Below are positions 58,449 through 64,000 of a DNA stretch of 64,000 bases, piece by piece (position 1 is the first letter of the stretch; every line of letters begins with the position of its first letter). Location: the NCBI GenBank assembly GCA_965228855.1, contig CBDDIJ010000003.1, positions 2,464,001 through 2,528,000 on the forward strand, written 5' to 3'. A model generated the notes under the pieces. The model was given only the letters and a program-made list of their open reading frames with translations, did not search any database and was not told where the DNA came from. The DNA is from Candidatus Obscuribacterales bacterium. GTDB lineage: Bacteria; Cyanobacteriota; Vampirovibrionia; Obscuribacterales; Obscuribacteraceae. Made by a program: the position numbers and the translations under genes.

Positions 58449-59489
58449 TTGTCTAACCAAACAAACGACCCGAATGACCTTGAGGACCGCTTCGAGCAGG
58501 AGCGCCTGGCCGACGCGCAACAAGCAAAGCACTTCAGAGATGCTCAAAAACGAGCTGCCGAGTCCTTCACGTCGTTTTCAGAGGGCATGCCGGCTGTCGA
58601 CAAATTCAAGATTTTGGGCGCGACAGGCGAGCAACAAGCGGTCAAGCGAAAGAAAAAATCAAAGTCTGGGAAGAAACCAACCGAGTCGACCGCATCGAAA
58701 AGCGTGATGCGCAGCAAGGCAAATGAGGACGCCTTCACCTCTTTCAGCAAAGGCTTACCGAGCGCCGACAAATTCAACATCGCTCAAATTGAAACCGAGA
58801 GATATATCGGAATTAAAAGCTTCGTGGACGCAACCACATGCAGTTTCATCAAAGAGCATGCCGACGCCACTGCCTCCGGTGAAATCGCAGACTTTAAGTC
58901 AAAGACACTGGATCGCCTGATGTATCTCTTCACTCTCGTGCCCTGGAAAGACAAGATTGTTTTCGAAATCTCAGAAAAACCGGAGTTCACCGAATTCTGC
59001 TTTGACGAAGGCGCCATCCAATTAGGCAAACAAATGGACGAAGAAGAGACCGTTCTTCAATTCGCACACCAGACTTACCATGCCACCAACAAACTATTGA
59101 CCAAGCTCTACGAAGACGGAGAAATGTTGGACAAAGAAACTTTCGTAGACCTCTATATGTGGGCAGAAGTCGCAGCCCTGATTACGGAAGTGAATGTCCG
59201 GAAAGAACTCGGACTCTGGAAAGTGGCACCGCCCAAGGTGCTTTGTCAAGAGAGCGATGGCACTTTCTTCTACATCAACGTCGAGGATATTTTAAAAACC
59301 AGAGGCATGAAAGCGCTTCACGACCTGCTCTACTTCTCACTGCTTCGCGGCAACGACAATCAAAAATTGGTTGATGTATACCAAAGATTATTCGAGGTTT
59401 ATAAAACCAACTTCGACTCCGACAATCGCAATGCGCAATCAACCATCGACTACTGCTTAGACCAGGGACTGGAGCGCGATTGTATTTAA
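58449..59489 (+). CDS. Hypothetical protein with duplicated N-terminal motif and zincin-like HQxxH domain
   Basis: FTSFS.G(M/L)P..DKF.I twice; FAHQTYHA...EVAALITE..VRKELG. Confidence 0.7.
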   Translation: MSNQTNDPNDLEDRFEQERLADAQQAKHFRDAQKRAAESFTSFSEGMPAVDKFKILGATGEQQAVKRKKKSKSGKKPTESTASKSVMRSKANEDAFTSFSKGLPSADKFNIAQIETERYIGIKSFVDATTCSFIKEHADATASGEIADFKSKTLDRLMYLFTLVPWKDKIVFEISEKPEFTEFCFDEGAIQLGKQMDEEETVLQFAHQTYHATNKLLTKLYEDGEMLDKETFVDLYMWAEVAALITEVNVRKELGLWKVAPPKVLCQESDGTFFYINVEDILKTRGMKALHDLLYFSLLRGNDNQKLVDVYQRLFEVYKTNFDSDNRNAQSTIDYCLDQGLERDCI

Positions 59490-59574
59490 ACGTTTTTTAC
59501 TAAAATGAGCATTGGAAAGACGATCCTGCTCGAGCGTTTGGCGCCGAGAGCAATCGTGATGCTGGAATGTGCCA

Positions 59575-59883
59575 CTACGCGTGGCGCGCTTCCATTGCCT
59601 CTAGCATCAGAGGATCGGCATAGACCCACAAGTCACCTGGTCGCCAGGGCAAAGGATGACGAGTCGTCCTGTATCTATATACGAGCAACTGTCTTACAAT
59701 CCGCCTTGCGGATGGATTCTGCTCGCCGCGCTTGTCATTAGCAAGTCTGGTGCGGAGCTGAATTGCATCACGCTTAGTCCAGCAGTAAGCCGGACCCGGA
59801 TTTGACCCGCGCGAACGACACAAGATGGCAATTTTGCCAGAGGGTTGTGGCCAACCTAAAACGAATACCGGTTCTTCATACAT
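59575..59883 (-). CDS. Hypothetical basic protein (102 aa)
   Basis: ATG-initiated, protein-like composition, divergent from GT9. Confidence 0.6.
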   Translation of the reverse strand: MYEEPVFVLGWPQPSGKIAILCRSRGSNPGPAYCWTKRDAIQLRTRLANDKRGEQNPSARRIVRQLLVYRYRTTRHPLPWRPGDLWVYADPLMLEAMEARHA

Positions 59884-59938
59884 AACTAATTATGATAATT
59901 GATGTTGTCCGAAAGTCTAGTGAAGCGTAGCCAATAAA

Positions 59939-60937
59939 ATGAAATCGCCAACGAATATAGTCATATTTCACCCCGCGGCCATCGGCGATGCAATGCTCGC
60001 GACCCCTGTAGCGGCAATACTTAAAAGGAATTTCTCCAACGCACATATCAGTTACTGGACTCATGAGAGTCTCAAAATACTCATCAAAGATATGTGCCCC
60101 CCTGTCGATGGATTCGTAGACTACAAGCGCGGTCAAAACATTTTTAAACTCTCAGGTCAGCTCAAATCTCTTAACGCAGATCTTTTTGTGGACCTCTCGA
60201 ACTCATCCAAAGGAAAGCTGATGTCCCTGATGAGCGGCACGAAAGCCGTCCATTACAAAAAGCGGAAAGACGGAGTTAAACCGATCCGGCACGCTGCAGA
60301 CAACTTTGTTGATACCATTCGAACGATAGCAAACGATATACCGAAGGAGCTCTTCCCGACAGTTTTTCCATCGGAACAACTTCTTGCAGATGCGCGAAAA
60401 ATATATTTGCCGTCAGAAGCTTTCGGCTCTAAACCTTTAATCGCAATCGTTCCCGGTGTAGGGAAACTAAGACCGAACCGAGCCTGGACCATGGACGGGG
60501 TCGGGAGTTTGGTCGATTTAGTTTTAAAGAAAGGATCGCATCTTCCAGTTTTGATTGGCGGTCCGGATGAGACCGAACTCGGTGCAGCAATTGAAACATC
60601 CAGGCAAGGTCAGGTCGCCAACCTTTGCGGGAAATTGAATCTGGCAAATACGGCAGCCATATTGAAACAATGTCAGGTAGTCGTGAGCGGCGATACGGGT
60701 CCGGCGCATATCTCGGTTGCCGTTGGCGTCCCCGTGATCGGATTATATGGGCCAACTGCTTACGAGAGAAGCGGACCGTATGGCTGCGAAAAATTGGTGA
60801 TTGATAAACAAGCCGACTGCCGATGCCAGTATGAGAAACAGTGCCGCTTTACGGAACCAGGCACCGCCGGTGAATGCATGAGCAGAATCACCACGGGCGA
60901 CATCATTGAAAAATTGAACTTGGTTCTAAATTTCTAA
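59939..60937 (+). CDS. Glycosyltransferase family 9 (heptosyltransferase-like)
   Basis: AIGD...TP, L.GG..E, NLCGK..L, DTGPAH...A.G.P.IGLYGPT. Confidence 0.93.
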   Translation: MKSPTNIVIFHPAAIGDAMLATPVAAILKRNFSNAHISYWTHESLKILIKDMCPPVDGFVDYKRGQNIFKLSGQLKSLNADLFVDLSNSSKGKLMSLMSGTKAVHYKKRKDGVKPIRHAADNFVDTIRTIANDIPKELFPTVFPSEQLLADARKIYLPSEAFGSKPLIAIVPGVGKLRPNRAWTMDGVGSLVDLVLKKGSHLPVLIGGPDETELGAAIETSRQGQVANLCGKLNLANTAAILKQCQVVVSGDTGPAHISVAVGVPVIGLYGPTAYERSGPYGCEKLVIDKQADCRCQYEKQCRFTEPGTAGECMSRITTGDIIEKLNLVLNF

Positions 60938-60959
60938 TTGAGTCGGTTTCAAACGCTAC

Positions 60960-63900
60960 TCAGGCTGAAGGTTGAAGTCTAATTTCAATCCTCGTGAAAT
61001 CGACGGGCGTGGGCGGAACACTTTGGACCTGGCTGTTCTTAACGTTGCCGGCAATGTAATTAGTCCTGTACACGCTCCAATTGCGCGAAAAATCTTCAAC
61101 AGCCATCGTGCGGACAACCGGCGACGGGAGGTGCAAAATCATGGTCGACTTGACTCCGTTTTTACCATTGCGAGTCCGCGACGTCGCATCCGGCGTACAG
61201 TCGTAAACAGCAGCAGCGGCCCAAACACCGTCCACGCAAATTTCGAGTTTAACAAAGGAGTTCGACGGGTTGCTAGCGAAATCACTGACGACGATTCTGG
61301 CATCGCGTGCCAAAATTTTGACGTCTATAAGCCGTTCAGGCTCAGGTGCGACAAAGACTGTCGATAGTCCGCAGTCGATATCAGACACGTTGTCTTTTGG
61401 AACGTTGGCTTTTGAAACGTCATCACTTGGAACGACGATGCTGGAAGTCTTATCGCGTGAAACGATGCCGTTCGAAACGATAGGATTCGAAACGTTAGCG
61501 TTCGCGACGATGGCGCCTGAAACGATGCCGCTTGAAACGATGGCCCTTGAAACGATGGCGCTTGGAGCGATCATTGTGTCACCGCCTGTAGAGGCATGCA
61601 CAAACATACCATCGACAAGAGGATGAACTCCATCGTGGACCAAAGCGGTATTCACGACATCGGACTCAATGGCTTTGTTCAGACGATCAATTGCATCGGC
61701 AACGTCTTTGACGGAGTTGGATAAACTCAGTTGAGGCAAATCCCTCACGGTTGTCCGCGGATTCGAGTTTTTAACAGAAGAGCCACAAGTGGCGATGAAC
61801 TCACTTTGAAGGACATCACGTGCTCCGGACTGCTTTTGCTGGGTAACCTCTCCGCTCAACCTTGGAGCAGCTGGGTTGATGCCTCCACTCTTCTTACTAA
61901 AGAAATTTTTTCGATAGATATTCAATTCAGGATCGCTCGGAAGCCAGATAACTTGACCACCGTAGACGAACGGAACTTTCACATTTTCCGCAAGCCTGTA
62001 AAGAATTTCAGCCCTGTTTATCGTGACGATAAGATCGGCAAATCGCGCGTCACCCAGTTGAACTGCGGCGATAGACTCGATGGTTTCACCCTCTTGAACG
62101 GTATAGCGAACTCGAGTGTCAACAGACCAAGTTGAGGTGCCAGCCTCCGATTCAGCTTCATCCTCTTTGGCTTCGACTTTGGCCAAACCGACAACTTCGG
62201 CAAACTTCAACGCCGCTTTCAAGCCCGGGAAGTATAAAACTTCATTGTTGTAGCGGAGCGCTATTTCGCCGTTTTGAAATGCAATGCCTTCCGGTAGTGG
62301 TAATCCCAGCCGTATTGCATCCGCAATACTTGCCACCATATGAGGCGTCAAAGTACCGCGGCTACCGGTATCACCTTTAGCACCATCCAGCGGTCGGCCG
62401 ACGGCTGTGTCAGTTCTCGAACCAGACGATGCGTCACCCTTGATTGCAGTAACTCCATCCGGCTTGCCGGCGGCGACTCCATCACTCTTGTTGCCTGCAG
62501 CACCATCAATTTTTGTCCCGCTGGCGCCGTCGATTTTTATCGAAATTGCTCCATCGCTCTTCACTTGCGCGGAGCCCTCGGCTTTACTTGCGGAAATATT
62601 ATCAACCTTCGGACCGGCAGTAATCTCCGATTTTATAGCGACGGCATCGCTTTTCGAGACGGTGGATATGATATCGCTTTTGGTGACTGGTGACGGTTCT
62701 AACCTGGTTGAGAATGTGAGATCACTTTTTGAAGTTGCAGCGTTATCGACTTTTGAAAATCCAGCAAACTCGATTTTCGTGGCAGTAAGAGCAGCATCAA
62801 TCCTGTTCTCGGAATTGAACTGAACTTTCGCAACACCGGAATCGAGCCTGGTGGCAGTTGAAATCGGCGCACCATTGAGAGTTCCTCGGATTGACGGCTG
62901 TAATTCTCGAAGATTCAAACCACTTGCGCTTCCAGTGCTCGATGCCGCATCAGAGCTCCGAGCGACAGTCACGGTTTTCAATACAGGAATTTCTTTAGGG
63001 GCAACAGAAATATCGATTCGAGTCGAGTTCATAGGCATCTTCGCAACGAATCTGCCAATCGCCGTGACGTCGAGTGGAGCCGTATCAATCCTGCTTCCGT
63101 CAGATTTTCTTTGGCTGCCCAGATCTACGGGTTTCAACAACTCCCGGGAAACATATTCATTAGCCAAGCCACCGCTTTTGGTGACATTTTCAACGGCATC
63201 CTTCGAGATGAGAGCAGAACTTCTGTTTAAATTAGTTCCAGAGTGGGATTCAGGAACGGAGCCTGTTCGAGTACGACTGGTGACCACACTCGATACTTTT
63301 TCGATTCCAACAGTTTCGTTTGCCGTTGCTCTGATTCCATTTCCGACAGTGCCATCAACCAGAGAATTTTGACGATTTAGAACGCTTGCTTTCTCTGGCA
63401 AAACTTCCAGTTGGGGAAGTTTAGTCACGGCAGTCGAGGTTGTGAGATTTGTCGGATGCCCGACGTTCTCAATTGCTGAATTGACTGATTCTACACGATT
63501 GGGTACGGGCAACTTAGGCAGTACCTCGGCACCGTTTTCGATACCAAGATTTTTCGATGATGATGGAATGGCAGGAAGAAAAGACTTTTCAATTGCAGAG
63601 CCCAGCCCGATTGTTTCAGCTAACGGTTTGCTTTGTACACCGGAAGTCTTACCGTTCTCACTATTCGGAAGGACAGGTGTTAGTAACGGTCCAAGACCAG
63701 ACGGATTAGGACTTGAAGGAACCGAAGCAGGTTTGTCCGTCTGGAGTGACTTGACGGTAATTGGCGAATTTTCCGGAGAAACTGCCGTCCCATTCAAATT
63801 AGCAATAAGCTCACCTAAGGGAACAATGGATCCTTGAGGTGGATCGACAGTCTTCGCCACGGGCTTGTCTGTTGTATGCGCAAGCGCCGGTGCAGGGATA

Positions 63901-64000
63901 ACATCAGGTAACTCTGAATTACCTCCGACAGGCTTGAGCGTTTTTCCAATCAAATCGCCCAGCGTGCCAGTGTCAGTCTTTGCACTCGGTCTAAGCGGTT
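60960..64000 (-). CDS. Large low-complexity protein with a LysM-like domain; frame is open to the window edge (5'-truncated)
   Basis: YTVQEGETIESIA..QLGD.RFA.LI.TIN...GQVIWLPS at about 61935-62110; no stop between 63953 and 64000 in this frame. Confidence 0.82.
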   Translation of the reverse strand, partial: PLRPSAKTDTGTLGDLIGKTLKPVGGNSELPDVIPAPALAHTTDKPVAKTVDPPQGSIVPLGELIANLNGTAVSPENSPITVKSLQTDKPASVPSSPNPSGLGPLLTPVLPNSENGKTSGVQSKPLAETIGLGSAIEKSFLPAIPSSSKNLGIENGAEVLPKLPVPNRVESVNSAIENVGHPTNLTTSTAVTKLPQLEVLPEKASVLNRQNSLVDGTVGNGIRATANETVGIEKVSSVVTSRTRTGSVPESHSGTNLNRSSALISKDAVENVTKSGGLANEYVSRELLKPVDLGSQRKSDGSRIDTAPLDVTAIGRFVAKMPMNSTRIDISVAPKEIPVLKTVTVARSSDAASSTGSASGLNLRELQPSIRGTLNGAPISTATRLDSGVAKVQFNSENRIDAALTATKIEFAGFSKVDNAATSKSDLTFSTRLEPSPVTKSDIISTVSKSDAVAIKSEITAGPKVDNISASKAEGSAQVKSDGAISIKIDGASGTKIDGAAGNKSDGVAAGKPDGVTAIKGDASSGSRTDTAVGRPLDGAKGDTGSRGTLTPHMVASIADAIRLGLPLPEGIAFQNGEIALRYNNEVLYFPGLKAALKFAEVVGLAKVEAKEDEAESEAGTSTWSVDTRVRYTVQEGETIESIAAVQLGDARFADLIVTINRAEILYRLAENVKVPFVYGGQVIWLPSDPELNIYRKNFFSKKSGGINPAAPRLSGEVTQQKQSGARDVLQSEFIATCGSSVKNSNPRTTVRDLPQLSLSNSVKDVADAIDRLNKAIESDVVNTALVHDGVHPLVDGMFVHASTGGDTMIAPSAIVSRAIVSSGIVSGAIVANANVSNPIVSNGIVSRDKTSSIVVPSDDVSKANVPKDNVSDIDCGLSTVFVAPEPERLIDVKILARDARIVVSDFASNPSNSFVKLEICVDGVWAAAAVYDCTPDATSRTRNGKNGVKSTMILHLPSPVVRTMAVEDFSRNWSVYRTNYIAGNVKNSQVQSVPPTPVDFTRIEIRLQPSA
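61459..61563 (-). repeat. 15-bp tandem repeat x7 encoding pentapeptide x(A/G/P)IVS
   Basis: Plus-strand GAAACGATGGCGCTT-like units at exact 15-nt spacing. Confidence 0.88.
62409..62753 (-). repeat. Degenerate ~8-aa KxDG repeats
   Basis: KSDGAISI KIDGASGT KIDGAAGN KSDGVAAG KPDGVTAI and flanking variants. Confidence 0.75.

Noticed and set aside
61459..61563. GAAAC-containing repeats as a CRISPR array
   Set aside because: 15-bp period, no spacers, coding pentapeptide repeat.

Overview
Gene-dense bacterial chromosomal window with about 48 CDS and one tRNA-His. I found no CRISPR array, rRNA, prophage or intact transposase. The gene style (OmpR/HAMP-PAS kinase paralogues, many long low-complexity orphans, diderm envelope genes, no photosynthesis genes) suggests a non-photosynthetic Cyanobacteria relative (Vampirovibrionia/Melainabacteria, Obscuribacterales-like); this is unchecked inference. 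Recognisable housekeeping genes are trpS (truncated by the window edge), an RpoD-family sigma, mgtE, an acyl-CoA carboxylase beta subunit, msrA, dnaK, htpX, lnt, an LptF/G permease, an arylsulfatase, feoB with a Fur-box-like operator, an M16 peptidase, a DinG/YoaA helicase, PiT plus USP, and a GT9 glycosyltransferase. The best candidate for an undescribed system is 8859-14081. There, a degenerate ECF-sigma-like gene is followed by a 1535-aa cytoplasmic protein joining a zinc-finger anti-sigma domain to a C-terminal Roadblock/LC7 (MglB-like) domain through ~1300 aa of disordered sequence arranged in GW/WG, FG and Met-Pro blocks. A DUF4388/PATAN-wHTH-MshEN-like protein lies 6 kb upstream. Other notable items: a trypsin-fold protease with Cys in place of the catalytic Ser, an HQxxH zincin-like protein, a DinG lacking its first Fe-S Cys, two unannotated structured intergenic RNA candidates, a structured mgtE leader with a uORF, and a short IS5/IS903-type relic. 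All domain calls are from motif recognition by eye; no searches were run.
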